Shown here piece by piece: positions 1-9,928 of a DNA stretch of 64,000 bases. The notes below the pieces were generated by a model. The model saw only the letters and a list, made by a program, of their open reading frames with translations. It was not told where the DNA came from and did no database searches. The stretch covers positions 864,001 through 928,000 of the forward strand of contig CAWCPV010000003.1 of the NCBI GenBank assembly GCA_963797555.1. The letters run 5' to 3'. How positions within the stretch are numbered: position 1 is the first letter of the stretch; every line of letters begins with the position of its first letter. Origin of the DNA: an uncultured Gammaproteobacteria bacterium. GTDB lineage: Bacteria > Pseudomonadota > Gammaproteobacteria > CAWCPV01. A program made the position numbers and the translations under genes.

Positions 1-428
1 CCACCGTCACCATTCCGCGGTCCCGGTGGGCCGCGGAGTAAATGTGCTTGACGCCGGGTATCTCGCTCATGAGCCGCTCCAGGGGGGCGATGGCGAGGCT
101 CGCCACCTGCCTCGCCGAGGCCCCCGGATAGCTCACGAAGATATCGATCATGGGTACTGAGATGTCCGGGTCTTCCTGGCGTGGGGTGAGGAGCAGGCCG
201 AGGATGCCCATCGCGAGGCAGGCGAGCAGTAACAGCGGTGTGAGTGGGGAATTGATGAAGGCGCGGGCGGTGGGTGGAGCCGGCCACGCCCAGCGAATGG
301 GTGGGTGCTTCCCCGCCCGGTGAGGGTCCCCGCGCAATCGGCTCGGCCGCCGGCTCGCGATCGCCGGGCGCCGGCTCCGGCGATGTGCCGGCGCGGCCTT
401 CGGAAGCCCCCTGTCCAGGTTCCTCCAC
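1..428 (-). pseudogene. N-terminus of an RND efflux permease (AcrB/CzcA superfamily); runs off the window edge and carries an apparent 4-bp frameshift
   Basis: Manual translation: HSLGVAGS/TARAFINSPLTPLLLLACLAMGILGLLLTPRQEDPDISVPMIDIFVSYPGASARQVASLAIAPLERLMSEIPGVKHIYS. A GGTG duplication at 269-276 shifts the frame. Likely GTG start at 428. Confidence 0.75.
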
Positions 429-546
429 TGATCCCCCGAAATCCCAACTCTGGTCGGTCGGGTGCGACTGCGGCAGCGCGGCTGCGGTCGCCGAGCACCC
501 TGCCGGGTGTCAGATCACGCGCCGCCGGCGGGTACTCCCTAAATTT

Positions 547-888
547 AAGTGACGGTGCAAAAACAAGTAAAACATTTTATGAAAATGATCCGCTGGGATC
601 CACGACATAGTTCCACTGTCCGAGAACTTCATCGTGGCGAATAAATTAGTCTTTAATAGCGTGGAATGTATTGGAGCACTTCCGCCCCAGTTCGTAGGTT
701 GTGTCGAGAATACGGGCGGTAACCCGCAAGCCAGTTTTGGTATGGGTACGCTCTACGGTTTCCAGTGCGGTCTGGGGTGAGTCCAGGATGACGCCGCGCC
801 AGGATCGCTCGACGTGGCTGAACAAGCGGTGCTCAATGGGATTCCACTTGGAAGTATAAGGCGGGTAGTGCGCGATACGCAGGCGACG
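547..888 (-). mobile_element. ISAzo13-family transposase C-terminal remnant with probable element end
   Basis: HYPPYTSKWNPIEHRLFS...TKTGLRV motif. An internal stop at 646-648 is followed in frame by FIRHDEVLGQWNYVVDP. End-like sequence TAAGTGACGGTGCAAAAACAAGT begins near 547. Confidence 0.75.
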
Positions 889-1436
889 CCTCCGTCCAAC
901 GTACCGTCTCGTCGGTCGGACTGCCGGCGCTGTGGGCTTCAAGAACAATAGAGCCTCATGAATTCTTCGTGCGACGCTTCATAACCGGGAAACTCGTTCA
1001 TGGCGTTACCCACGGACTGGGCTAAGCAGACCTCATGTTTGCATCAATATTGTTCCCGTTCAAGCAACTATCGGCCCAGGTTCAGACTCTACACCACGAA
1101 AGCTGGATAACTTGTTAGTGAACCGTTCCTAAGCACAATTGTGCGAATGCACCATAGGCGCGCGCTCCACCGCCCAAACGCGGCGCGGCCAGGACAAACC
1201 CAGCGCCCGGTAGTAAGCGTGAGATTGTGATCGGCTACTCGATGCCTCGACCGATCGCAACTCGCTCCCCCATCGCCACGTGGACGCCACGACCAAATCC
1301 TCGACCACCGGGCGCCTCGCACGGGCTTTCCGCTGGGCTCTCGGCTCTCGTCGGGGAGAACGGCCACGGTCACCACCCTGACTCGCTCGGACCCCGCTCG
1401 GCCTGGGCCATGTCTCCCGCCTCGGCAGCAGGACGT

Positions 1437-1600
1437 TCACCCTACCTTTCCCGGCTGACCCTCCAGCGCGATGTCCCCCTCGTGCTCCTGCGTGATGTGC
1501 CGGGCGATGGCCAGCCCGTACCCGGACCCGCTCGCTCGGGCGGTGTAAAATGCCTCGAAGATCTGCTGACGCTGGTCACGGCTGATGCCACGGGCAGAGC
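1437..1600 (-). pseudogene. Histidine kinase HATPase C-terminal fragment
   Basis: GISRDQRQQIFEAFYTARASGSGYGLAIARHITQEHEGDI carries the F and G2 boxes. No upstream kinase domains are visible. Confidence 0.6.
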
Positions 1601-1684
1601 CGAGCCGTATCCTGCATGGGAACCGTTGCCGCCAACCATGACCCGTGCAGGCGCTCGCCGCGCCAGCCGCGTCGAGACCGAACC

Positions 1685-3190
1685 ATGAGATCGAGCGCGA
1701 GAGAAAATCGCTCCGGCAGCGGGTCAGTGCACTCCCCGAACGAGTCGGCCCTGCTTGCAGCACTCAGCTCGGTGTTGCCGCCGGACTCCGTGCTGCACTC
1801 GGAAGAGGCGCTGCGCCCATACGAATGCGACGGGCTGTCCGCGTACCGAGAGACCCCGATGGTCGCGGTGCTGCCCCGCACCGTCGAGGAGGTGCAGGAG
1901 ATCGTGCGCCTCTGCCACCAGTACGGAGTTCCGGTCGTGGCACGGGGTGCGGGTACGGGCCTCTCAGGGGGCGCCCTCCCCCTGCGCAGGGGGGTCCTGC
2001 TCGGCCTCGCCCGCCTCAAGTCCATTCTCGATATCGATCCCGTCAATCGTACCGCCCGAGTGGAGACCGGTGTGCGCAATCTCGCGATCTCCGAGGCGGT
2101 CGCGGCGCATGGCCTGTTCTATCCTCCCGACCCCTCGTCCCAAATCGCGTGCACCATCGGCGGGAACGTGGCGGAGAACTCCGGAGGAGTGCACTGCCTG
2201 AAATACGGCCTCACGGTGCACAACGTGCTGAAGCTGCGGGTAGTAACGGCGGACGGTGAACTGGTCACCGTCGGTGCCGAGGCCCTCGATGCGCCCGGCT
2301 ACGACCTCCTCGCCCTGATGGCGGGGTCCGAAGGGATGCTGGGGATCGTGGTGGAGGTCACGGTGCGCCTTCTTCCGCTGCCCGAGGGCGCGCAGGTGGC
2401 GCTCGCCGGCTTCAACACCGTCGAGCAGGCCGCGGCTGCGGTGGCGGAGGTCATCGGCGCCGGCATCATCCCGGCGGGGCTGGAGATGATGGACCGCCTG
2501 GCCATCCGGGCCGCCGAAGACTTCGCGCACGCGGGCTACCCTACGGACGCCGAAGCCATCCTGCTTTGCGAAGTGGACGGCTCCAATGCGGAGGTGTCGG
2601 AGCAGATCCTTCTCATCGCGGACATCCTCACGCGTAGCGGCGCCACCGAAGTACGCACCGCGCGCGACGGGGCCGAACGGCTCCTGCTGTGGAAGGGCCG
2701 CAAGGCGGCCTTCCCGGCAGTCGGGCGGCTGTCTCCGGACTATTACTGCATGGACGGCACCATCCCGCGGAAGTGCCTACCCGAGGTGCTGCGGCGCATC
2801 TCGGACCTCTCAGCCGAGTACGGGCTGCCGGTGGCCAATGTGTTTCACGCCGGAGACGGGAACCTCCATCCACTCATCCTGTACGACGCCAATCGGCCAG
2901 GGGATCTCGCCCGAACCGAGGAACTGGGAGGGAAGATCCTGCAACTGTGCGTTCAGGTAGGCGGAACCATCACCGGCGAGCACGGCGTCGGCATCGAGAA
3001 GCTCGACCAGATGTGCATCCAGTTCGGGGAACCCGAGCTGGCGCAGTTCCACGCCGTCAAGGAGGCATTCGACCCCCTCGGGCTGCTCAATCCCGGCAAG
3101 GCGGTTCCGACGCTCCGCCGCTGTGCCGAGCTCGGCCGTATGCACGTGCACGGCGGCAAGCCAGCCTTTTCGGAGCTGGAGCGCTTCTAG
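1685..3190 (+). CDS. glcD: Glycolate oxidase subunit GlcD (FAD-linked oxidase)
   Basis: RGAGTGLSGG, PPDPSSQIACTIGGNVAENSGG, HAGDGNLHP and GEHGVG motifs. About 501 aa from ATG 1685. Confidence 0.9.
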   Translation: MRSSARENRSGSGSVHSPNESALLAALSSVLPPDSVLHSEEALRPYECDGLSAYRETPMVAVLPRTVEEVQEIVRLCHQYGVPVVARGAGTGLSGGALPLRRGVLLGLARLKSILDIDPVNRTARVETGVRNLAISEAVAAHGLFYPPDPSSQIACTIGGNVAENSGGVHCLKYGLTVHNVLKLRVVTADGELVTVGAEALDAPGYDLLALMAGSEGMLGIVVEVTVRLLPLPEGAQVALAGFNTVEQAAAAVAEVIGAGIIPAGLEMMDRLAIRAAEDFAHAGYPTDAEAILLCEVDGSNAEVSEQILLIADILTRSGATEVRTARDGAERLLLWKGRKAAFPAVGRLSPDYYCMDGTIPRKCLPEVLRRISDLSAEYGLPVANVFHAGDGNLHPLILYDANRPGDLARTEELGGKILQLCVQVGGTITGEHGVGIEKLDQMCIQFGEPELAQFHAVKEAFDPLGLLNPGKAVPTLRRCAELGRMHVHGGKPAFSELERF

Positions 3191-3514
3191 CCGTGCGGCC
3201 CCAGTCGGAGCCCGCGGCGCGACAGAGTGCTCCGGGCCGCGGCCGAATGCCGTGCGCTCCCGGATCGGGGCACAACGACGGCGGCAGGCCGATGCCCAAC
3301 TGCTGCTGGTGAGAGAGGTTCTTGTCGGCCGCTCGGATGGTAGATGCCACGGAAAGTTCCACTGTTGAAGGTCAGGCTCCCCGGGCTGAAAGACAGCCGC
3401 GGCTCCTATCAAGGGAAAAAGCCCATGAGCGCGCGGCGCTTCCGTCGACCCGCATACCGGGAACGGCTGGTACCGCAACTGAACTGTTGCCACTCCAACC
3501 TTTTGCAGGCCATC

Positions 3515-3928
3515 TCATCGTGGAAAGGGCATATCCATCTTGTTGGTGTTCTGCAACGCCGCAATGAGCCACCCGTCCGGTCCTCGCATTAACACCATGC
3601 TCATGATGCCTTTCCGCGGTGGAATCGAGCTTCCATCCGGACTTCTCTGGCCGGTCATGTCCCACTCACAATGAGTGAGCGCAACGTCCGAATTCAACAG
3701 CTTGGCTCCGCTCAGGTTGAGATGCAGAACGCTGTCCCTGAACATCGTCGCGTGGGCGCGGACGTGACCTGCCTCGATCTCACTTCGGTCATGCCACCAC
3801 ATCCCAACGACGTTCACGAACTGGGCATCCGGGAGAAAACAAGCGGAGAACGCCTTCATGTCGTGCTCGTTCCAGGCGCCTTCAAGCCGCCCCACGATTT
3901 GACGAATTTCATCGGTGAATTCGGTCAT
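3515..3928 (-). CDS. NTF2-like (SgcJ/EcaC, DUF4440-type) protein, probably an integron cassette gene
   Basis: AWNEHDMKAFSACFLPDAQFVNVVG...WLIAALQNT. Strong RBS AAGGAGG before ATG 3928. Lies directly downstream of an attC-like core site. Confidence 0.75.
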   Translation of the reverse strand: MTEFTDEIRQIVGRLEGAWNEHDMKAFSACFLPDAQFVNVVGMWWHDRSEIEAGHVRAHATMFRDSVLHLNLSGAKLLNSDVALTHCEWDMTGQRSPDGSSIPPRKGIMSMVLMRGPDGWLIAALQNTNKMDMPFPR

Positions 3929-3960
3929 GTCGCTACCTCCTTTTTGGTCCCTCACGACCG

Positions 3961-4046
3961 CTCCAACGCCGCGCTCACCGGGAGAGCGAAGCGAGGGTAC
4001 CGACCCGCGCAGCGGCTCGCTGGCCTGCGTGGAGCCATAGTTCGCT
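3961..4046 (-). repeat. attC-like integron recombination site (degenerate, solitary)
   Basis: Minus strand reads AGCGAAC-tatg-GCTCCAC...AGCGAG...CCGCTGCGCGG...CTCGCTTCGCT...GTGAGC-gcggc-GTTGGAG. It has AAC/GTT cores, L boxes pairing with one bulged base, and a typical variable terminal structure. Confidence 0.6.
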
Positions 4047-4360
4047 GCTTACTCATTGCTTATCGTACCCGCGGACGCACCAGCTCCGAACAATTCTTAC
4101 TATGCAGGCCTGGCCACGTCGGATACAAACTCGGCACCCGTAGTCGTGGACAAGACAGAGAGAGTGCCGAAGGATGGAACCGGAGCCCGCCGTTGACCAC
4201 AGATTACCGCATCAAGGGTTCAGGCACGTACGGTTGCGGCCTGCCACCGGGTGTGGTAACGGCCTAGTGGCCCCACGACGGGTAGCGCAATACGGGCGCG
4301 ACCACGGCATGCGGCCGTGACGTGGCCCGGTAGCGGTCACACCATAGACCCTCGGCGGAT

Positions 4361-4389
4361 GGTATGGGAAACTTCTGTTTCTGTATACC
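4361..4389. promoter_or_regulatory. Possible NikR-like operator upstream of the Ni/Co permease
   Basis: GGTAT-N19-ATACC inverted repeat about 70 bp before the ATG, loosely resembling GTATGA-N16-TCATAC. Confidence 0.25.
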
Positions 4390-4456
4390 AACCCTGCAGC
4401 AGTCACCATCAAGCATAGGTCATGGTACCCTTTGGTTCTGGCTCGGCGGGGTTAGG

Positions 4457-5317
4457 ATGATCGAGCAGCTTCCGGGCAACTGGCTCGCTTTGCTGGGCAT
4501 CGTGTTCCTGTTGGGGCTGCGCCATGGCTTGGACGCGGACCACCTTGCCACGATCGATTCTTTGACCCGTTTCAACAGCGTGCATCGGCCGCGGCTAGCC
4601 CGTTGCTCGGGGTGTCTGTTTTCGCTCGGTCACGGTCTTGTGGTCACGCTGGTGGCTCTGAGCATCGGCCTGTGGGCGAAACGCTGGGCCGTCCCTTCCT
4701 GGCTGGATGCGTTTGGGACCTGCGTCTCCGTACTGTTTCTGGCTGCACTCGGGGTGCTCAACCTGCTGGCCGTCCTGCGTGCGCGCCAGGACCAGGTCGT
4801 GCGCAGTGTCGGGCTGCGGGGCCGGCTTTTCGCGCGGTTCAGTCACACCGGCCGGCCGGTTGCCATCGTGTTCGTCGGGGCGCTGTTCGCGCTGTCCTTC
4901 GATACCATGACTCAGGCATCGCTGTTTTCCCTCGCTGCGTACAGCATCGGGGGCGGCCTGTTCTCCGCAACGCTGGGTGTGACCTTCATGAGCGGCATGA
5001 TGGTCACCGACGGCGTGAACGGGCTATGGGTCTCGATCCTTCTCAGGCGGGCTGACCGGCGGGCACTGGTCGCTTCGCGGGTCCTCGGTCTCACCATTGC
5101 CAATCTGAGCTTGCTGGTGGCCCTCTTCGGCCTGGTCCGCTTTTATTCCGATGGGCTAGGCCGGTGGGAGGACGGCCGCGGACTATTCTTTGGCGTCGGC
5201 GTGATGGCAACCCTACTGCTGAGCTACGCGCTTGCGCTCTGGATGACGCGCCCCGCCGCAAGCGACACCCCAGCATCCGGACGTTCCGGAGGTCGCACTG
5301 ATCTTCCCCTAGTGTAG
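4457..5317 (+). CDS. High-affinity nickel/cobalt permease (NiCoT, HoxN/HupN/NixA family)
   Basis: Signature LGLRHGLDADHLATID, FSLGHG, ALSFDT and MMVTDG motifs, with multiple transmembrane segments. Confidence 0.88.
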   Translation: MIEQLPGNWLALLGIVFLLGLRHGLDADHLATIDSLTRFNSVHRPRLARCSGCLFSLGHGLVVTLVALSIGLWAKRWAVPSWLDAFGTCVSVLFLAALGVLNLLAVLRARQDQVVRSVGLRGRLFARFSHTGRPVAIVFVGALFALSFDTMTQASLFSLAAYSIGGGLFSATLGVTFMSGMMVTDGVNGLWVSILLRRADRRALVASRVLGLTIANLSLLVALFGLVRFYSDGLGRWEDGRGLFFGVGVMATLLLSYALALWMTRPAASDTPASGRSGGRTDLPLV

Positions 5318-5635
5318 TGTCTCGCAAATAGCTATGCACAGATCTGCTCCATCCGGTTTCGGGCCGCGACGATCTTGCGCAGGATGTCCTCGCCCTTGGC
5401 GTTCCAAACATAGCGCTTGGGGTGGGCGTTACGCTCAGCGAGAAAGGCGATGATAGCCTCGGGGAGCGCCTTGACGGAGCCAAAGCTGCCTTCGGCGAGA
5501 AAATCGCCCAGATCGCGGAAGAACCGCTCGACCAGATTCATCCAGGACGAAGAGGTGGGGGTGAAGTGCAGGTGCATGCGCGGGTGCTTCGCGAGCCACG
5601 CCTTGACCGCCTGATGCTTGTGGATGGCGTAATTG

Positions 5636-7150
5636 GGCTCTTTCGGTAATTGTGTGGATCGTGGTGGTCGAGTAGCATCCGTTCTGAGCAATCGTCTATC
5701 ACAACATCTTGTGGTTGGGCCTGTGGGGTTGTGGGCGAGAGGCCCGCGAGTGTGGGCAACCGGGAGGTTGTCCACACGGTCCTTGGGACGCGGGCCGCTC
5801 CGCAGGACTCGTCCACAAATCCACAGGCCATCAAGGGGGGAGCGCCATGGAGCCAACGCATCTATTCACGACGGCACTGGGTCTCACGGCGCCTTGGGAA
5901 GTCACCGGCGTACGCTTTGACCCCGAGGCTGGGCGCATCGACCTCGAGGTGGCCTTTGCCAAGGGGAGCCGCTTCGCCTGCCCGGCGTGCGGAGCGCCAG
6001 GCCAGCCGGTGCATGATACCCGCAAGCGCAGCTGGCAGCACCTGAGCTTCTTTAAGTCACGGGCAGACCTGCACGCGCATCTGCCGCGAGTGCGCTGTGA
6101 GAGCTGCGGCAAGACGACTCAGGTCGAGCCGCCGTGGGCGCGCGCACAGAGTGGCTTCACGGCGCTGATGGAGGCACTGGTGGTGACGCTGTGCCAGGCG
6201 ATGCCGGTGGCGACCGTCGCCCGGCACCTGGGCGTGGGCGATGAGCGCCTGTGGGGGGTGCTCGAGCACTACGTGGAGGCGGCCCGCGCCCAGGAGGACC
6301 ACTCCCCGGTGCGCGCCGTGGGCCTGGACGAGACCGCCGCCCGGCGTGGGCAGCACTACATCAGCCTGTTCCATGACCTCACGGGCAAACGCCTGCTGTT
6401 CGCCTGCGAGGGCCGCGACCGGAGCACCGTGGCGGCCTTTGCCGCCGACCTCCAGGCGCACGGGGGCGACCCGCAGGCCATCGAGCAGGTGTGCATCGAC
6501 CTGTCCGCCGCTTATCTCGCCGGGGTGACCAAGCATCTGCCTAAAGCCACGGTGAGCTTCGATGCCTTCCATGTCATCCAGCTCGCCAACCAGGCCGTCG
6601 ATACAGTGCGCCGCGAGGAGGTCAAGACCGAGCCCGCCCTCAGGGGCACCCGCTGGACCTGGCTCAAAGACGCCCACGACTGGACCTGGGAGCAGCTCAC
6701 CGACTTTCACTGGCTCTCCCGCGCCCGGCTCAAGACCGCCCGCGCCTGGCGCCTCAAGGAGGCGCTGCGCGATATCTACGCCACGGCCAGCACCCTCGAG
6801 CAGGCCGAGACCGCGCTCACGCGCTGGTATAGCTGGGCACGGCGTAGCCGCCTGCAACCCATGAAGCACCTCGCTGCCACTCTGAAAGACCACTGGGACG
6901 GTGTGCTCGCCGCGTTCGACTCCGGCCTCACCAACGGCCGCGCCGAGGGCATCAACTCCCTCATCCAGGCCGCCAAGGCCCGCGCCCGGGGCTACCGCAC
7001 CACGCACTCGCTCATCACCATCGCCTACCTCATCGCGGGCAACCTGGCCCACTTGCCGGCCTCGCCGTTCAACACACGATCTTGTGTCAGACCTCAGGCA
7101 GAGGCTGCCGCAGCGTAAGCATATCTACCCACACGATTCCGGTAAGAACC
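5636..7150 (+). mobile_element. ISL3-family insertion sequence, copy 1 (1515 bp, intact)
   Basis: Ends GGCTCTTTCGGTAATTGTGTGG and CCACACGATTCCGGTAAGAACC. 8-bp target duplication CGTAATTG at 5628-5635 and 7151-7158. Confidence 0.95.
5847..7118 (+). CDS. ISL3-family transposase
   Basis: CPAC...CESC zinc finger, GLDET, CIDLS, FDAFHVI and TNGRAEGIN motifs. Confidence 0.95.
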   Translation: MEPTHLFTTALGLTAPWEVTGVRFDPEAGRIDLEVAFAKGSRFACPACGAPGQPVHDTRKRSWQHLSFFKSRADLHAHLPRVRCESCGKTTQVEPPWARAQSGFTALMEALVVTLCQAMPVATVARHLGVGDERLWGVLEHYVEAARAQEDHSPVRAVGLDETAARRGQHYISLFHDLTGKRLLFACEGRDRSTVAAFAADLQAHGGDPQAIEQVCIDLSAAYLAGVTKHLPKATVSFDAFHVIQLANQAVDTVRREEVKTEPALRGTRWTWLKDAHDWTWEQLTDFHWLSRARLKTARAWRLKEALRDIYATASTLEQAETALTRWYSWARRSRLQPMKHLAATLKDHWDGVLAAFDSGLTNGRAEGINSLIQAAKARARGYRTTHSLITIAYLIAGNLAHLPASPFNTRSCVRPQAEAAAA

Positions 7151-8065
7151 CGTAATTGTCGAGGATAAGATGGAGGTCGAGGTCCTGGGGGGTTTCCCGG
7201 TCGATGCGGCGCAGAAACGCGAGCCACTCCTGATGGCGGTGCTTGCGCGCCAGGGCGGTGGTGAGCTTGCCCTCCAAGTAGTTGAGCGCCGCGAACAGGG
7301 TGAGCGTGCCGTGACGGATGTAGTCGTGGGTGCGCGTCCTGGGCAGCCCTGGCTGGGTGCGCTCCAGCGCCTGCATCTGGGTCTTCTCGTCGCAGCAGAG
7401 CACGACCGCCTTGTCCGGGGGCGCCAGATACAGCCCGATCACGTCCCAGAATTTCGCCTCAAAGTGCTTGTCCTTGGACAGCTTGAACTGGCGGTTCAGG
7501 TGCGGCTTGATGTCATTGGCCGCCCACAGCCGCTGCACACTCGCCTTCGAGATGCCCGCGGCGGCAGCCATGGTGCGGCAGCTCCAGCGCCCCAGATGCG
7601 CCGGCGGCTTACCGACCGTCTCCAGCACCCGCCCCACCTTCGCCTGCGAGAGCCTGGGCTTGCGCCCTCGTCCGGGCGCATCCGCCAGCCCCGCCAAGCC
7701 CCGCTGCCGATAGCGCCGGCACCACTGCCCGACGCTCGCCCGCGTGGTGCCCAGCTTCGCGGCGATGGCCTTCTGATCCAGTCCTTCAACAGCCAGCAGA
7801 ATGATTCTCGCGCGCTGCCGATCCCGAACTGCCACCGTGTGCGAACGCACTCGACGCTGCAGCTCTTGCGCCTCTTCTGGCAATACCTCCAGGGACATCC
7901 TCCTCATGGCTCCCGCCTCCCAGTGCCCGTACTTCCAGTATGGCACCAGTCCGGCATAAGTAAAGGCATTTGTGAGACACTGCACTAGTGTAGACTCGGC
8001 GAACCGGCACGGTCCCGTCAAAGTCCGTTGGTGGCCGACCAGGAAACCTCGGCACCGAGCGCGAC

Positions 8066-8819
8066 ATCTTGGAGCCGCACTGGCGCTGTTCTGCGGCACG
8101 GATGCGGGAGCACGAAATCGTGCTGTGCATCCAAGACATCACGGAGGTCGATTTCAACGGGCAGGACATCGCCGGCTTGGGGCCATTGAGTTATGAGGCC
8201 CAACGGGGCATGTACCTGCACCCGACGTATGCCGTGACGCTTTCGCGCGAGCCGTTGGGCGTGCTGGATGCGTGGATGTGGGCACGCGAGCCGAGGGATG
8301 CCGAAGGCCGTCGGGGAGGTGTTCTGGAAAGTGCCCGCTGGGTGGAAGGCTATAAGCGCGTCGCCGAGCTTGCCGCTGAGCCGCCTCGGACGCGTCTGGT
8401 GTAGGTGGCCGACCGGGAGGCCGACATCGTAGCCCTCATGGCCAAAGCGCGCGATCTGGCCCAACCGGCCGACGGGTTGATCCGCTCCCAGCACAACCGC
8501 GCGCTTGCCAAGGGCGGCAAGCTGTGGGAGGAGGTGACCCGAGGCGACCCCTCGGGGGATACGCTTCGCGATGGCCTCGCGGCACGGGCAGAAGGCGGGG
8601 GAAGTCCACTAACAGGTGTGGGCAACGCGCGTGGCGCTCTCCGACGGCAGGGGGGGTCGAATGCAGGCCACCTGCATCGTGGCCCGGGAAGTGGGCGCGC
8701 CAGCGGGTGTGAAGCCCATCGAATGGCGCCTGTCGACCAACCGCGAGGCCGGCAGCTTCGAGGCGGCGGCCAAGTTCATCGACGGGTACCGCGCCCGTTG
8801 GGAGATCGAGGTGTTATAG
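8066..8819 (+). mobile_element. IS4-family (IS50/Tn5-like) transposase remnant
   Basis: VLCIQDITEVDF, YLHPTYAV, ESARW, VADREADI, IEWRLSTN and YRARWEIE motifs. Stop at 8402-8404 and further frameshifts. Confidence 0.85.
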
Positions 8820-9014
8820 CGCGGGGCGTGGGCCGGGGTCTGGAGGAGGTAACGCTGACCCTGAAGCTGACCACCCAGTTCTTGGAGAGGGTGCGGCGAG
8901 CAGAGGTGAGAAGAGCTCGGCAGCCGAGCCGCTCCAGAGCCGGTGGGCAACCGATGGCAAAAAAACGCGCCTTCTCCCCCTCCGGGATGCGCCGATGGGA
9001 CCGGCGGCCCCGGC

Positions 9015-9225
9015 GCTTGCTCTACCCCTGCCGAACCGATAGCCCCAGCATGTGGGCCGCATCGCCCTGTGATCCGCCTGCCCGCCACCCGCTGCACCAC
9101 CTCCAGTCGCTCCAACTCTCGCCGGCTCATCGCGATCACCCCCTCTCTCATACGTCCCCCCTTCGAGTGCCAAAAGGGGACATCTCTCCTTTGTTCAAAG
9201 GGGACATTACGACTTTGGCGCTACA
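9015..9225 (-). mobile_element. IS1202/ISNCY-type left end plus transposase N-terminal remnant
   Basis: Minus-strand end TGTAGCGCCAAAGTCGTAATGTCCCCTTTGAACAAAGGAGAGATGTCCCC (TGT end with repeated ATGTCCCC). Followed by MSRRELERLEVVQRV and a frameshifted DAAHMLGLSVRQ HTH. Confidence 0.7.
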
Positions 9226-9245
9226 CTCGCCCCTGTCTTCTGTCG

Positions 9246-9260
9246 TTGTGCAGTGCACAA
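9246..9260. promoter_or_regulatory. Probable PhaR operator upstream of the phasin gene
   Basis: Perfect palindrome TTGTGCA-G-TGCACAA containing TGC-N3-GCA, about 60 bp before phaP. phaR is in the same cluster. Confidence 0.6.
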
Positions 9261-9318
9261 TTACACGTGGTGGCATGAAGTTCATCGTGTCTCACGCAGA
9301 GACGAGGGGGTTACCGAC

Positions 9319-9687
9319 ATGAGCACCGAGGCGCTAGAGATGTGGGGACAGTTCGCCCAAGCAGGGAAAACTGCTGTGGAGTCCATGGCGCGCTTGCAGG
9401 AGGTCGGGGCACGCAGCATGGAGCGCATGGCGCAACATCAACTGGCTGCGGCGCAGGACATGTTCGAGCTCGGCCTCCGCCACTTGGAGGCCCTCACCGA
9501 AGCCAAAGGGCCGGAAGACCTATGGACTGCCCAGACTCGCTTCGCGACGCGGGTCGGCGAGAGGTGGGTGGCAAACGCAAGCAAGTTCGTGGATCTCTAT
9601 GTGGAGAACCAGAGCGAAGTGGGCAAGCTATTCACCGAGCATCTGAGCAACCTGACCTCAAAGACCACGGCCCAAGCTGCGAACTGA
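9319..9687 (+). CDS. phaP: Phasin (PHA granule-associated protein)
   Basis: 122-aa amphipathic helical protein (ERMAQHQLAAAQD...AKGPEDLWTAQ) directly upstream of phaA-phaB-phaR. Confidence 0.75.
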   Translation: MSTEALEMWGQFAQAGKTAVESMARLQEVGARSMERMAQHQLAAAQDMFELGLRHLEALTEAKGPEDLWTAQTRFATRVGERWVANASKFVDLYVENQSEVGKLFTEHLSNLTSKTTAQAAN

Positions 9688-9928
9688 ACCCAGCCGCGAC
9701 CTGAACCTAACCCATCGAGGGGGGTTCTTCCCTGTCTTCCGTCGCTCGTGGGCCTCGGGAATAAAACCTGAGGTCCGCCTTCCTCTGATCGACAAGCCAC
9801 CGCGCGCCCAGCCCAGGAGCGCCCTGGCGCCTCCCCCCAGAATCTGCTAACCTTCCGGTTCGCAATGGCCCAGGCGGCACCATCGCTGGCCGCCACATCC
9901 ATCTGGCCAACTGAACTGGAGTGTACCG

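Larger units (their letters stand above)
5332..7907 (-). pseudogene. IS630 transposase split into 7907-7151 and 5635-5332 by the ISL3 insertion
   Basis: N-terminal part: HTH, VLCCDEK, THDYIRHGT, LILDNY. C-terminal part: AIHKH...HFTPTSSSWMNLVERFF. Confidence 0.9.
5312..7985 (-). mobile_element. IS630-family element interrupted by an ISL3
   Basis: Terminal inverted repeats GTGTAGTGTCTCGCAAAT and ATTTGTGAGACACTGCAC, flanked by TA at 5310-5311 and 7986-7987. Confidence 0.9.

Noticed and set aside
4200-4450. Cobalamin or NiCo riboswitch upstream of the NiCoT gene
   Set aside because: Conserved riboswitch boxes were not found; only generic GC-rich stems are present.
8405-9322. 305-aa ORF as a real gene
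   Set aside because: Only the first ~50 aa are IS4 transposase. The rest is read-through across IS debris.
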